IMG/VR virus record: IMGVR_UViG_3300049210_000020
Location: 2,834 to 66,833 of that record
Strand: one strand, 5' to 3'
DNA from: a virus
Taxonomy: Duplodnaviria; Caudoviricetes
DNA length: 64,000 nucleotides
Made by a program: the position numbers and the translations under genes. Positions 44,556 to 55,228 of the stretch are shown here, in pieces. Every line of letters begins with the position of its first letter. The first letter of the stretch is position 1. The notes under the pieces are model-generated. The model saw only the letters and a list, made by a program, of their open reading frames with translations. It searched no databases and was not told where the DNA came from.

Positions 44556-46386
44556 TCTCCCGCGACTGCTTTTTAACCCGGACATTGAATTGCTTTTTGC
44601 GGTCGTTCGGATTCGCATTCCACGATGTAGGCGAAACCGTCACTTGCCCATCAGGAACAATGACTCTGACCTCGGTTGCCGCGGTGAGATTCAGTAACTC
44701 AATCCCAATCACTCCAGTGCTATTACGCAGGATGTTCACTGACGCAGGCGCAGAGATTGAGCAGGGAATCGTCGGTGGTGGAGGAGGCAGCGGCGGTGGC
44801 TCCACGGGCGGCGCTGCGACATTTTTCACGGTGACTCTCATTCGCGCGGAGTCCACCGCCTTCCCCGCCTGCCACGCGCGTATCCAGAGCGAATGCGGCC
44901 CATCCTGCATCTGTGTCGTATCCAACTGGAACTCGTAGGGCGCAGTTACGTCCATTCCGACAACAGTTTCATCCGCGACGAGAAACACGTCTCCAATCCC
45001 TTCCGCGTTTGTAATAGCCGCAGTTACAGACGCCTTCCCCGAGAGAATTGCGCCGTCAGTGGGAAAGGTGATTGTGGCGATGGGTGGAGCGGTGGGAGTT
45101 GGCGTTGGTGTAGGCGCAGGCGTCGGAGCTGGCGGACTTGGCACTGTCCCTTCGCTCGGCGCAGGCTCGATCCGCGCCACGTAGACGTCAGTCCGCGCTG
45201 TTGCCGCGTCGCCATTGTTGTTGTGCGTCCACGCCAAGAACCGTCCGCCTCTACTGCCCGTAGCACGCGGAGTGGTCCAGTAGAAGGCTCCCGTCCAGTT
45301 TGAGCGCGCATGAACCAGACGCCGCACTTGCCCGAGGAATGGAGCTTTCACACCAACCTGAAAGATCTCCCGTACAAACGGCCCATCGGGAAAATTGATG
45401 ACCGCGTCCCTGGCGGGATCGTACCTGAGACTACCGCCATAGGTGGAGAGCGTGGCCCACGAGTCGTTGTCGCAGCGGTGCGAGATGTGGAAATTAATCC
45501 AGCCCATAGGCGAATAAAGCCACACCATTATCACGTCATGCGGAGTTGAGAGTTTGCGCGCAGTCAGCGCCCCGCGCCAGTGATCACCGCCAGTGATGAA
45601 GTCATAACCTGCGTCGGTATGGCCGATGCAATAGTCGGGCTTACCATTGGAGTCCGACAGCAGGATTTCAACCGCGCCTGTATCGACATCGTAAATGAAG
45701 TTCTTGTTCTTTCCTCCCGCTTCATCCGTTTGAACGAGGAGCACATAGCGCCCTTCCTTGCCCATTTGAATGCCGTTGATTTCGCCCATCGTGACTTTGA
45801 GCTTCACAGAGTTTGACGACTTCTCGTAAACCATGAAGCCATAATCACCGGAGCCGGATGAACCGGAGCGCACGATGGCCGCAAATCGATTGTCGTTCTG
45901 CGAGACATATAACTGATTGAACCTTGCCCCAGCGGGGAATTGCGAGCGTAGATCGGCTATAACACTGTGCTGCTTAGTAGAAGGCTTATAGCTCCAGATT
46001 TGACAATCGACCAACACAAAGATCTTGTCAGGATCGAGATAGGACCAGAACGCGGTCTCGTTATCCACAAACGCGCCTGCGTTATCGCCAATACGGGCGG
46101 GCACGACTTCTTCCAGTGGGCCAACTCGTTCCAATGTGACAGGGTTGAGATTGCCGACATAGTAAGAGCCGTTGACCTGGAATATCCAGATTCTGGTATT
46201 GTCGCAGTTGAACGTAGGCCACACAGAGTACGTGGTGCTGAGACTGTTGCCATTGCCATCGCGCTCATCCGTAAACCGCAGTACTTCCGCGCCCGCGAGA
46301 TCGTCAATATACTTCTCACCAGCCGCAGGCAGTTGCAGCACTTTCGGATTCTCAGGATAGGTACCACTGTCGGTTTTGATGGTCAT
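44503..46386 (-). CDS. Virion-associated protein: beta-propeller-like domain, PT linker, Ig-like domains
   Basis: Repeated beta blades; PPAPTPAPTPTPTPTAPP; ITFPTDGAILSG...YEFQLDTTQMQDGPHSLWIRAW (bacterial Ig-like); no signal peptide. Confidence 0.7.
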   Translation of the reverse strand: MTIKTDSGTYPENPKVLQLPAAGEKYIDDLAGAEVLRFTDERDGNGNSLSTTYSVWPTFNCDNTRIWIFQVNGSYYVGNLNPVTLERVGPLEEVVPARIGDNAGAFVDNETAFWSYLDPDKIFVLVDCQIWSYKPSTKQHSVIADLRSQFPAGARFNQLYVSQNDNRFAAIVRSGSSGSGDYGFMVYEKSSNSVKLKVTMGEINGIQMGKEGRYVLLVQTDEAGGKNKNFIYDVDTGAVEILLSDSNGKPDYCIGHTDAGYDFITGGDHWRGALTARKLSTPHDVIMVWLYSPMGWINFHISHRCDNDSWATLSTYGGSLRYDPARDAVINFPDGPFVREIFQVGVKAPFLGQVRRLVHARSNWTGAFYWTTPRATGSRGGRFLAWTHNNNGDAATARTDVYVARIEPAPSEGTVPSPPAPTPAPTPTPTPTAPPIATITFPTDGAILSGKASVTAAITNAEGIGDVFLVADETVVGMDVTAPYEFQLDTTQMQDGPHSLWIRAWQAGKAVDSARMRVTVKNVAAPPVEPPPLPPPPPTIPCSISAPASVNILRNSTGVIGIELLNLTAATEVRVIVPDGQVTVSPTSWNANPNDRKKQFNVRVKKQSREIKFQSGCGVAVVKVNVT

Positions 46387-46405
46387 TTAGGAGATTCCTT
46401 TCTTA

Positions 46406-47182
46406 CTAACTGACGGACAAACCGTAATAGTCATTGATGTAGTCTTTTATTGTATCGTATTGCGTCGATTCAACTCTCTGACTGAAACAAAAGAACTCCG
46501 CTACCATACCATCCCAGTGCGACGTACTGGCACCACTGCTCCAGACCGCTCGTCCCAGATGCGTGGTAGCGCCGAAGGAGAGGCTGGACATGTTTCGACT
46601 GTCGCCCACAGTGCCGTCAAGATAGTGTTTATAGTTATTTGAGACGCCCCCATCCTGTCCAGTCTTAGCCGTGACTCGGTATAAGCGCCATGACGTTAAG
46701 GATGCAGCGAAGTCGTTTTGTATACGTGCGTTGGGAGGGCCATCAGGATAAAACGCACCCTCCTTTATTAGACCATCCGTCGCAGGCCATTCGGTAAGAG
46801 ACAAGAAACTGGCATTGATATCTCCCAGTAACCACAATCCCACTTTACTTGTAGCGCTGTGCGGATCGCTCACGGATTTCAGGACAATAAATACATCCGC
46901 CTCAGTCAACCCTAACCCGCTAAGGTCCGGTCCATCGAGATACTGAGAATTAGCCGTATCAAATTGAACTGCTGCATGACCGTTGACTTCATTGGTCTGA
47001 AACGTTGGCCTACGCGCACTGGTGGCCTGCGCCCAATCGTTACCATTTACAGTCATATCTTCCCATGTCACGACCGGGTCGCCGTCACTGAGAGCTAATT
47101 CATCAGCCCGTACACGCCAGAGAAGATTTGCTTCACTGAAATCCGTATCTTCCGCAATTGCCTCTCCTGAAAGAATAATCAT
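46406..47182 (-). CDS. LamG/concanavalin-like tail protein
   Basis: DGDPVVTWEDMTVNGNDWAQATSARRPTF, AVQFD, WDGMVAEFFCF...IKDYINDYYG. Confidence 0.7.
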   Translation of the reverse strand: MIILSGEAIAEDTDFSEANLLWRVRADELALSDGDPVVTWEDMTVNGNDWAQATSARRPTFQTNEVNGHAAVQFDTANSQYLDGPDLSGLGLTEADVFIVLKSVSDPHSATSKVGLWLLGDINASFLSLTEWPATDGLIKEGAFYPDGPPNARIQNDFAASLTSWRLYRVTAKTGQDGGVSNNYKHYLDGTVGDSRNMSSLSFGATTHLGRAVWSSGASTSHWDGMVAEFFCFSQRVESTQYDTIKDYINDYYGLSVS

Positions 47183-47186
47183 CGTA

Positions 47187-47588
47187 CTAGCTCGCTGGCT
47201 GCGTGATTGAGAATGAACTGATTGTAACCAGTTGGCCGGACGTAATTGCCACGGAGGTCATCTCAATCTCGCCACCGCCCCCGGTGGTAGTTATCGCCCC
47301 GTCATACCAGCGCGTTCCCGCGGCTGATTCAACGCGGAACCAGCCTGCGTCTGTTGGCGCGCCGGCGACTGCCGTGCCTGACCATGTACCAGACTTTGCT
47401 GCGACTCCTCCCGATGCGGCTGCCATGGCGTCAGCAGGGAGTGTGATTGTCACGAGTAGCGTGCCCGTAGCAGCTGCCCCGGCTGCCGGTTGCGTGCCGC
47501 TGTAGATCTTCAAGGTGGCGTTGTTGAAATCATCGCCGATTGAATCTACCTGCCTGTTTCTGGCTGCGTCGTTTAATCGCTCACTCAT
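47187..47588 (-). CDS. Small tail structural protein
   Basis: TLKIYSGTQP...GTLLVTITL...AGWFRV...DGAI...ITSGQLVTISSFSITQP. Confidence 0.7.
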   Translation of the reverse strand: MSERLNDAARNRQVDSIGDDFNNATLKIYSGTQPAAGAAATGTLLVTITLPADAMAAASGGVAAKSGTWSGTAVAGAPTDAGWFRVESAAGTRWYDGAITTTGGGGEIEMTSVAITSGQLVTISSFSITQPAS

Positions 47589-47598
47589 AAATTACCTC

Positions 47599-50500
47599 TT
47601 AAGGAATCGTATAGGTTCCACTACCGCTTGGACCTACCCCTGCCGTGCCAGAGAACTGCACCATCGGCGTGATCCACTCGCCCTGCGCAGCACCGAGTCC
47701 AATCGCTATCGTTGCGCATGGACCAATCTCAGACTTCACCCCAAAGCCTGACACAGCTTGAAGGCAAACCTCATACACTCCCGGCGTGGCTGCGAGGATT
47801 TCAAAGGTGCCGTGCAGTGTGTCGTCAGGAATGACTTTAGCATTAGCAATCTCCTGTGAACCTTCGGGCTTAGTGACGTAGACAATGGCGTACTGGCCTG
47901 AGTAGTAAGTCCCGCTGAAGATGATCCCGCCCACAATCGTTGACACGCCGCCTATGCCGTCATTGCCTTGCTCTAACCCATCAGGCGGAAACGTAACAGT
48001 GTCAAACTCCAATGCGGGAGCTTCACCGAGATAGTTAATCAACCCACTCGGCAACGGCACCTGAGTCTGCAATACCGCATCATCAAACGCCGAAGTCGAA
48101 TACAGCCTACAGGTAAACGACGCTTCGAACTTCTGATTGTAACTAATCTCTTCAATCGTCACCGGAACATTGCGCCATTCGCCTGAGTCGTCCGAGAGAC
48201 AGACCAGATCTCCGATCTCAAGCAGTAATGGCTCGCCCGCCGCGCTCCAATTGAAGAAGAAGTCTAGATCCCGAAACTTAGCCAGATAGCCGTTGAGTAA
48301 TCGTGAGGCTTGGTTGTAGTTATCGACTGCTGACAGATCCAAATTAACGGGATTGATCTGTCCGGTATCTTCTTGGTGCCGTTCGTCATTGATGACTACA
48401 GGCTGCTCCGCAAAGTCTTGTATAGCTTCTCGATATGTACCCTTTGCCTGGTTGATCGTTGACTGTCTTCCACCTTCCGGCCATCCGAACGAGCCGTCGA
48501 GATGTGTGGCTCGCGTGGTATCCGCATAGGTTAGTGCCCGCTGCGCATCGGAGTACATGACGCGCAGGATCTCTTCCCCAGTCGTATTCAGCTTTGGTGC
48601 GTGTTCCGCTGTTACCACCGGAAGAGAGTTGATTGAAAATCCCGTCCCATTGTTGTTATGTACCAGCAGCATGAGATCGGAATTCGCCTCGACTGAGACA
48701 AACCAGTCAATCGAATCTGCCCCAGCAGGCAGCGCAACTCCAGTGACATCAATCTGCTTGTTTGCAAGGATCGTGATCGCGCCAATGTTAGAAACGTTTG
48801 TATTGCCATTTGCATTACGATACGCGTAAGCGACTAAATAAGCTCCCGCCGCGAGTGCTCCGGCAGAGGACGTGAGCGTAGGCGCAGTTACAGGATCATC
48901 TAATTCAGCAAAGTGATTCTCTTCTAACGGCGTGGTGAATTTGAGTACGCCGTACTTAGCGAAGATTACTACCTCGGTAGGATTAGAGCCAAACCGCTGC
49001 GCCTCAACATAATCTCTCAACCCCGGTTCCGCGTTGATAGCGTAAACAAGTTGAGATGCCATCGTGAGATTATCAATCGCTGCATCCACGTCTTCCTGTG
49101 TTGCTGTAATACTAACAGTGTAGGAGTCAATTGTGATTGAGATCACGTCTCCCACGGCACAGCTCCCACCAATCGTCACCGTGCCGGTAGCAGGAGTGGA
49201 AGTTGAGCCAGCGGAGAACGTACTACCCGATGCCGCTGCAGTCATCGTCCCACTGGTAGAGTTAGCCGAGAGGGTGATCGCGTTACCATCAGCAGAGTAT
49301 TCGACGTTATCGAGGACCGGGCGCACTTCAGAAGTGAGCTTATGCGCGCCTAGAAGAATCTTCCCTCTCAACGGAGGATAGAGGTTGATAATTACATCAA
49401 GCGGACGCCACGGAGTTACGTCCAGTACCTTAATCGAAGTCGCGCCTGCTGGGGCATTATCTCTCAGGTAGGTATGATCTACAGGCCGCTCACAGTCAAT
49501 TACCAATCTCCCGTGATGGTCCCAACGGGTAAAGCCTCTAAAAGTCGTATACAGCGTATCGTAAAGGAAGTCTATCGCTTTCTTCTTATCAGTGATGACG
49601 ATCCCAGCTGTGTAGCGCTTACGATAACGAGTGATGACATCCAGTGAAGTGGGCGGTGAGTCAGGATCGAAGAACTCATACACCGCTTCTCGCGCCCAAT
49701 AACCCCCCGGTCGTTGGTCCTGAAATAGAAAGTCCAGTCCTAGCCCAAAGAAGCTAAGCGCGCCAATCATTCCCGTCGAGTTGAACCGCTTGTAATCGAC
49801 TCCTGCCCGTGTAGTCTCAGTATTAGGCAGCAGGCACCTCTCCGCGTTGGAAACGTCCTTAATCCCTCCCGTTGTGTAAGCAGCGGTGATTGCAGTTGCT
49901 AATTCCCCGATATGATTGTCAGGCAGTCCAAGATAAGCAGGATCGTTGATGATAAATCGCGCTAGATCGACCGGATTGTCAGACCACGCGATCACTCCAT
50001 TACTATAGCCAGCAAAGGCATTGGATATCCTTCCCGTGCCATTACCATCGACTCCGAATGCCTTGCGCACAACCTGTCCGGCGATTAGCGAGGTAATATC
50101 CGGTGCGGGATCGGAAACAACAATGTCTGAGCCGATGCATCGTCCCGTGACGTAAGCGAGTTTTGAGTGGTACTCACCGCCAGGGAATACAAGATCCTGC
50201 GTCTGCGTGCCGACATTTCCGTATTCGCCCAGGTGCTTGACAACTTCCAGCGGTTGACTGAAGTTAGGCGATTCATTCTTGAGCGTCACAAAGTCTTTGA
50301 TCGGTCCTCGGCATCCGCCCTTCTTAAACCAAATTGTCTCCCCGGCATCCTTGTATTGAATCGTGAACAGTCTATGCAGCCAACGACCGAGCACTACCGG
50401 AACAGGCTGACCGTAAGGTGTGGTGTTGTAGGTCGAGTTATCAACTGTCGTCTTCTTCCGACTAATGCCGGGAAGAATGTTCAACACCTTTTTGAAGAAT

Positions 50501-51252
50501 GACTCATTATGCTTGTGTAGAAAACTCGACTCGATTTGAACTACCTGTGTGCCTTGAAAGTACTTCTCGTTTCCGTATTCAACGCACTGCGCCTCAGTCT
50601 TATTGCAGACCTTCGCGGCCTGATAAGTTGCGGTCTTCTGCGAGAGGGTTTGATCGCCTAAACAATCGCCTTTCTTGAACTTCAACGGACAGCTCGGTTG
50701 TAAGTCGCGCTCGGGAATCTGCGCCGCTATTGTGCCGAGGTCTTGCTTCGCGGTGATCGTTCCACTTGCTCTATCAAAGTCATTCGGTTTTTCACATCTG
50801 CCTACAAACCAGATAATCGAGTGAGTAAAAGGAGAGGCAGAAGCTTCAATGATGCTGAGACTGCTGGCGGAACGCGGGATAATGCGCACCACGAGACGCA
50901 TTCCCGGCAAGCGATTAGTGAGCACAAACCTCGCTAGGTATCGCTTGCCGTCATCATCCTGTTTGATGTTTGAACAAGTGAGGGAGACGGAATCAAATTG
51001 CTTGCTTTTGGACTTCTTGATGCTTGGTCCATCAGTAACAACACGGATGTAATCAATGGCTTCCTCGCCCCAGGTGAAGGACAGAGAGGACCCGGCCCAA
51101 CGTGCGAGAGCATGGCGTGGATCGTAACTGAGGTTTCCGTCCAGCGGCTCAGGGAATAACTCGTAATTCCATTCGTAAAGCTCGTAGACACACGACAAGT
51201 CTCGCGAGCGCGAACGCAGGATTGCCAGCAGGTCATCGCTAACGTCGTACAT
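47599..51252 (-). CDS. Tail tip/host-specificity protein (gpL-like N-terminus fused to gpJ-like)
   Basis: SCPLKFKKGDC...CNKTEAQC; PYGQPVPVVLG; WSDNPVDLARFI; C-terminal LLLEIGDLVCL; follows Dit-like gene and tape measure. Confidence 0.8.
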   Translation of the reverse strand: MYDVSDDLLAILRSRSRDLSCVYELYEWNYELFPEPLDGNLSYDPRHALARWAGSSLSFTWGEEAIDYIRVVTDGPSIKKSKSKQFDSVSLTCSNIKQDDDGKRYLARFVLTNRLPGMRLVVRIIPRSASSLSIIEASASPFTHSIIWFVGRCEKPNDFDRASGTITAKQDLGTIAAQIPERDLQPSCPLKFKKGDCLGDQTLSQKTATYQAAKVCNKTEAQCVEYGNEKYFQGTQVVQIESSFLHKHNESFFKKVLNILPGISRKKTTVDNSTYNTTPYGQPVPVVLGRWLHRLFTIQYKDAGETIWFKKGGCRGPIKDFVTLKNESPNFSQPLEVVKHLGEYGNVGTQTQDLVFPGGEYHSKLAYVTGRCIGSDIVVSDPAPDITSLIAGQVVRKAFGVDGNGTGRISNAFAGYSNGVIAWSDNPVDLARFIINDPAYLGLPDNHIGELATAITAAYTTGGIKDVSNAERCLLPNTETTRAGVDYKRFNSTGMIGALSFFGLGLDFLFQDQRPGGYWAREAVYEFFDPDSPPTSLDVITRYRKRYTAGIVITDKKKAIDFLYDTLYTTFRGFTRWDHHGRLVIDCERPVDHTYLRDNAPAGATSIKVLDVTPWRPLDVIINLYPPLRGKILLGAHKLTSEVRPVLDNVEYSADGNAITLSANSTSGTMTAAASGSTFSAGSTSTPATGTVTIGGSCAVGDVISITIDSYTVSITATQEDVDAAIDNLTMASQLVYAINAEPGLRDYVEAQRFGSNPTEVVIFAKYGVLKFTTPLEENHFAELDDPVTAPTLTSSAGALAAGAYLVAYAYRNANGNTNVSNIGAITILANKQIDVTGVALPAGADSIDWFVSVEANSDLMLLVHNNNGTGFSINSLPVVTAEHAPKLNTTGEEILRVMYSDAQRALTYADTTRATHLDGSFGWPEGGRQSTINQAKGTYREAIQDFAEQPVVINDERHQEDTGQINPVNLDLSAVDNYNQASRLLNGYLAKFRDLDFFFNWSAAGEPLLLEIGDLVCLSDDSGEWRNVPVTIEEISYNQKFEASFTCRLYSTSAFDDAVLQTQVPLPSGLINYLGEAPALEFDTVTFPPDGLEQGNDGIGGVSTIVGGIIFSGTYYSGQYAIVYVTKPEGSQEIANAKVIPDDTLHGTFEILAATPGVYEVCLQAVSGFGVKSEIGPCATIAIGLGAAQGEWITPMVQFSGTAGVGPSGSGTYTIP

Positions 51253-51255
51253 AGA

Positions 51256-51669
51256 TTACGAGGGATACTTCCCGATTCTCACGGTGCGTTTCTGAATGAA
51301 CTTAACTCCGTTTACGTCAGCATGGTCCTTCTCGTAACTAATGAAGCGACAACCCGTGACGGTATTCCCCTCTTGATATGTCCACGGGTGATCTCGGGGT
51401 TCGATAAAGGTGAAGAGCACATGAAGCCGATGCGCGTCCCAAAACTGATCAACGATATTTGCGTCCTCATCAGTCAGGCCGTCGTATACAAGCAGGTATT
51501 CTTGCAAAACATTATTAGCCGATTCGTTCGTATCAATGCCGCCATCTTCGTACTTGGAGATTTGCGTTATTTGTGCATAGTCCTTATGTAATTTGAGATA
51601 CTTCACGTAGATCGGCCCTGTATCATAGGAAGTCGAGTGTAGGGGAGTTGGAAATGTAGCTTCCGCCAT
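51256..51669 (-). CDS. Distal tail protein (gpM-like)
   Basis: Position after tape measure; FWDAH...FTFIEP. Confidence 0.6.
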   Translation of the reverse strand: MAEATFPTPLHSTSYDTGPIYVKYLKLHKDYAQITQISKYEDGGIDTNESANNVLQEYLLVYDGLTDEDANIVDQFWDAHRLHVLFTFIEPRDHPWTYQEGNTVTGCRFISYEKDHADVNGVKFIQKRTVRIGKYPS

Positions 51670-54600
51670 TACGCCAATACCTCATCATCTGCAAATGCCT
51701 GTCGAATTGGACCTCCGGACTTAACGTCATTGAGCACTACCGCGGTGAAGGCACGAGACACCTGATCGCCCGCCGCGCGGAACTCAACAATGATTCGCTG
51801 TGGCTCAGGTTGATTGCGATTGAAGGCGAGAGGATTTAGCTGACCACGATCACGATCTCGACTACTACTGCCCGTCCCGCCGCCTGTTCCTTTTTGCTTG
51901 AATAGATCTCCAGCCACTGCGCGTCCCGCAATTGCCGCCACACCGGCAATCGATCCCCACAGTGCGGCTGAGGTAAAGTGCGCCGCAGATTCAGCGGGAT
52001 CAAAGAAGAGAGTTGCAAAACCGAGAGCTAGTTCCTTGATCGCGTTGACAGCAGCTTCCGCCGCGAGTGACGCGAGCGCTTGCGCTAAAATCTTCCGCAT
52101 CACAGCAGGGCCAGTCTCTCCAAGCAACACCCAGTTAGCGACTACCTGACCTAAAGCGTCGGCAAATTGCTGAAATGTATTAGTGAGAATTTCACCGAGA
52201 GGCACAATCGTGCTCTCAAGGACACTTGCGAACTCCTTCAAATTATCAAGGTTTAATTGGACTCGGCCAATTGGATCAGTTTCCTTCGCTGCTAGTCGCG
52301 CTTCTCTTAAGATTCGCTCCTTCTCTTTTTCCGAGCGTGTCAGTTCTGCTTCTTCTTCGGCATGTAAGGACTGCTTCTTGACGTTTGCTTCCGCGAGGTC
52401 ATCTACGGCCTTCTGGTATTCTGCGCTGGTTTCTTTACCCGCTGCTCTTAACGTTGTTAAGCGACTAGTGAGAATTCGGATTTGGGCATCGTTGGCGCGT
52501 TGATCCTCTCTAATTAATTCCAGTGACGTTTGGTGGCGTGTCGCCGCGTCTGCTAAGTCAAGTTGTAACTGAGCGTTGATGATCGCCTTACGCGATGCGA
52601 AGTGGAGCCGCATGAGATCAATAACCTCTTGCGCCGTATCGCGCTGAATCCGTGCGATTCGATTTTCAATCTGTTCTAACTGTTCAGCGTAATCACGAGC
52701 ATTCTCAATATCCCGATCACGCCCCTCTTCGGTTGCGCGTTCACCTTCGTCTTCAATCAACCTTCGCTGCGCGCGCAGGATCTTAAGTTGGTTATTTAAC
52801 TCCGCTTCGGCTTTGGTCCGTTCTCCTATACCGATAATTGATGTTGTCGCTCTTAACTTCGCCTCCGTCGCTCCGATCTCCTGATCAATAAGGTCTAGCT
52901 TGATGCGCAGAATCTCTCGCGCCGCATCTTCCTCAGTTTTAACCCTTAACCTTACCTGAGACTCTATAGCGGCTATGGTCCGCTCACCAGATATACGTAG
53001 CAATTCGAGTGTGGTATCAATCTCGGCAGACTTAATATCACGGACGCGATTAACCGCATCCTGCTCCTTTCTGAACCGTCGCAGTAGTTGCTCGTCCTGT
53101 AATGTTTCCGCCTCTTTATCTAAAGCCTGAATCTGACGATCAAATTCCTTTCGGTTTTCAATCGTGAGAAACCCAATACGCTGTTGCGCCTCAAGGGATT
53201 GACGCCGGACTAAAAGCTTGGCCCGCTCAATTTCCTCAATTACGGTTAGCCCCTGACTCTCAGTTATCTCCTCGCGGTCAAGTTGTGTCTCAATAGCCTT
53301 GATGTGTCGATCAAAGTCGCGAAGTAGGTTGTCAAGATTACTGCGCTCCTCGTTCCGCTGAGAGTCGGCGCGCTCTTTGGCCGCTTTCGCTCGGATCTCG
53401 CGTGAGGTAGTTGTGAACAAGGACTCCGCGTCGAGTTGTTGTTGCTGGAGCTTTTGAACGTCCTCACCGGACTTGCGGACGATCTCCAGCTTCTCTGACT
53501 CGGAAATGTCGGTACGGCCTTGAGTGATCTTGATCTGCTGTTCCTGTGAATCCAATTGCGCCTGAATGCGTGCTTTATCCGCGTCTAGCACTTTCTTGTT
53601 TTGAGCAATAACCCTTTCTGCTTCTTGCTGGCGATTGATCCGTCCTTGCTCAAATAGTTCGTTCAGGATTTGTTTCTGCTCCGCTGCTGAGCGCTTCACG
53701 ATTGCGACTACCGCGTCCGCGGTCTGCGCCGCTTCTTGGGCTGTCCCTAAGGGTGTTGTGGTGGAAAGCGCTACCGGCTTTGGTCCCGGTGCGCCTTGCG
53801 ATGGAATCGCCTGTGGGTTGATGTCTTTAAATATCGTCGCCTGCTCGTTCGATTCCTTGATGGCGTCCGCAAGCGCTTTGTAGTCATTAGTGAGCGCGGC
53901 CACGATGAGGCCCAGCCCCTTCATGCTCTGGCCCACAGTGCGTACGACCGGACCTGCCAGATTGCTGAAAAGCCTGAGCAGTGGGCCAAGGTCGCGGACC
54001 AAGTCTCCAGTAACGCGGATGACATCAATGAAGGCCGGGATTAGCTCTTGCGCAGCTACGGCAGACGCGGCACGGAGTTGAAAGTCCAACAGCGCTAATT
54101 CGTCATTGAACTTGTCGGCAGCACGGGCGGCATCCGTCTCAATGAGTATGCCCATTTCACGGAAGCGTTTGATTGCCCCGTCGAGATCACCGTTAGTCTC
54201 CTTTAAAATGGCAAGGATCTGCTTGCCACCTCGCGCGCCAAATAGTTCCGCCGCCGCGTTGGTTTGCTGAAATCCTTCCGGCATCGCAGCAAGGGCAGTG
54301 AACGCAGAGCGTAACGCAGACTCTGTATCTGAAGTCTGTATATTAAACTTACTGAATAGCTCTCCGGTTTTGCTGAGTGGATCTTGCGCGTCGTCAAGCT
54401 TGCGCTGGAAGTTGACTATTGCCTGCGTGACACTGCCGCCCAGTTCTCCCCCTGTCTTCTTTGCCTGAATCTCCAGCGCGGAAAGAGTTTCGACTGCGAC
54501 TCCGGTTTGCTGAGACAAGTCGAATATCCGACCTTGAAACTCGGCGGCATTCTTCGATAACTGGAAGATCTCACGCGCCGCAAGTGCTGCCCCGGTTGCA

Positions 54601-55178
54601 AGGGCCGTAATCGCCACCACCGCAATTCCAATAGGAAGGGCCAGTCCTCCCGCTGCCACCGCTGCGCCTTCCGCTGACGTTGCCATTGCGGCTAATCCCG
54701 ATGCGGCCTGCTCGGCAGATGGGATAATCTTCGCGTTGTTTGCCAAGAGCTCGGCGCCGAAGAACTTCACCGCGGCAGCGTCACGGTTAGCCTGTCCCTC
54801 GATCTTCGCGAAGGTGGTTAGAAAGGTGGTTAGTTGCGGGACGGATTTACCTGTAGCGGATGAGAGTCCGGTGATCGAGTCGGCTACTTTCTTGAGCGAT
54901 GCTTCCTGCTTGGCGGTCTCCTTACCTAGCCCGCTGATATTCTCCGTAACGCGCAGGAAGGACCCGCCAACCAGGGGAAGACGCTGACTGACAAAGACGT
55001 TGAGATTATCGCCCAGCTCACTGAATACTTTGTTCGTGCCTGAAACGGTTTGCGTGAGTTCGGGACCGAAGGATTGACGAAGTTGCGCTACCGCCGCGCG
55101 AGTCTCAGCTACCGCAGCTTTACCGCCGGAGGAATCCCCGCGAATTCTCAGTAACAGCGATGTCTCGTTAGCTGACAT
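51669..55178 (-). CDS. Tape measure protein
   Basis: 1169 aa, Ala-rich helical; DLSQQTGVAVETLSALEIQAKKTGG; long coiled coil. Confidence 0.92.
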   Translation of the reverse strand: MSANETSLLLRIRGDSSGGKAAVAETRAAVAQLRQSFGPELTQTVSGTNKVFSELGDNLNVFVSQRLPLVGGSFLRVTENISGLGKETAKQEASLKKVADSITGLSSATGKSVPQLTTFLTTFAKIEGQANRDAAAVKFFGAELLANNAKIIPSAEQAASGLAAMATSAEGAAVAAGGLALPIGIAVVAITALATGAALAAREIFQLSKNAAEFQGRIFDLSQQTGVAVETLSALEIQAKKTGGELGGSVTQAIVNFQRKLDDAQDPLSKTGELFSKFNIQTSDTESALRSAFTALAAMPEGFQQTNAAAELFGARGGKQILAILKETNGDLDGAIKRFREMGILIETDAARAADKFNDELALLDFQLRAASAVAAQELIPAFIDVIRVTGDLVRDLGPLLRLFSNLAGPVVRTVGQSMKGLGLIVAALTNDYKALADAIKESNEQATIFKDINPQAIPSQGAPGPKPVALSTTTPLGTAQEAAQTADAVVAIVKRSAAEQKQILNELFEQGRINRQQEAERVIAQNKKVLDADKARIQAQLDSQEQQIKITQGRTDISESEKLEIVRKSGEDVQKLQQQQLDAESLFTTTSREIRAKAAKERADSQRNEERSNLDNLLRDFDRHIKAIETQLDREEITESQGLTVIEEIERAKLLVRRQSLEAQQRIGFLTIENRKEFDRQIQALDKEAETLQDEQLLRRFRKEQDAVNRVRDIKSAEIDTTLELLRISGERTIAAIESQVRLRVKTEEDAAREILRIKLDLIDQEIGATEAKLRATTSIIGIGERTKAEAELNNQLKILRAQRRLIEDEGERATEEGRDRDIENARDYAEQLEQIENRIARIQRDTAQEVIDLMRLHFASRKAIINAQLQLDLADAATRHQTSLELIREDQRANDAQIRILTSRLTTLRAAGKETSAEYQKAVDDLAEANVKKQSLHAEEEAELTRSEKEKERILREARLAAKETDPIGRVQLNLDNLKEFASVLESTIVPLGEILTNTFQQFADALGQVVANWVLLGETGPAVMRKILAQALASLAAEAAVNAIKELALGFATLFFDPAESAAHFTSAALWGSIAGVAAIAGRAVAGDLFKQKGTGGGTGSSSRDRDRGQLNPLAFNRNQPEPQRIIVEFRAAGDQVSRAFTAVVLNDVKSGGPIRQAFADDEVLA

Positions 55179-55214
55179 AAAGTAAAAGGCCCAACTCGGT
55201 TAGGAATCGGGCCT
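55179..55214 (-). terminator. Terminator-like hairpin upstream of tape measure
   Basis: Minus strand AGGCCCGA-loop-TTGGGCCT followed by TTTACTTT. Confidence 0.55.
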
Positions 55215-55228
55215 GCTGGAAGCCGCTA

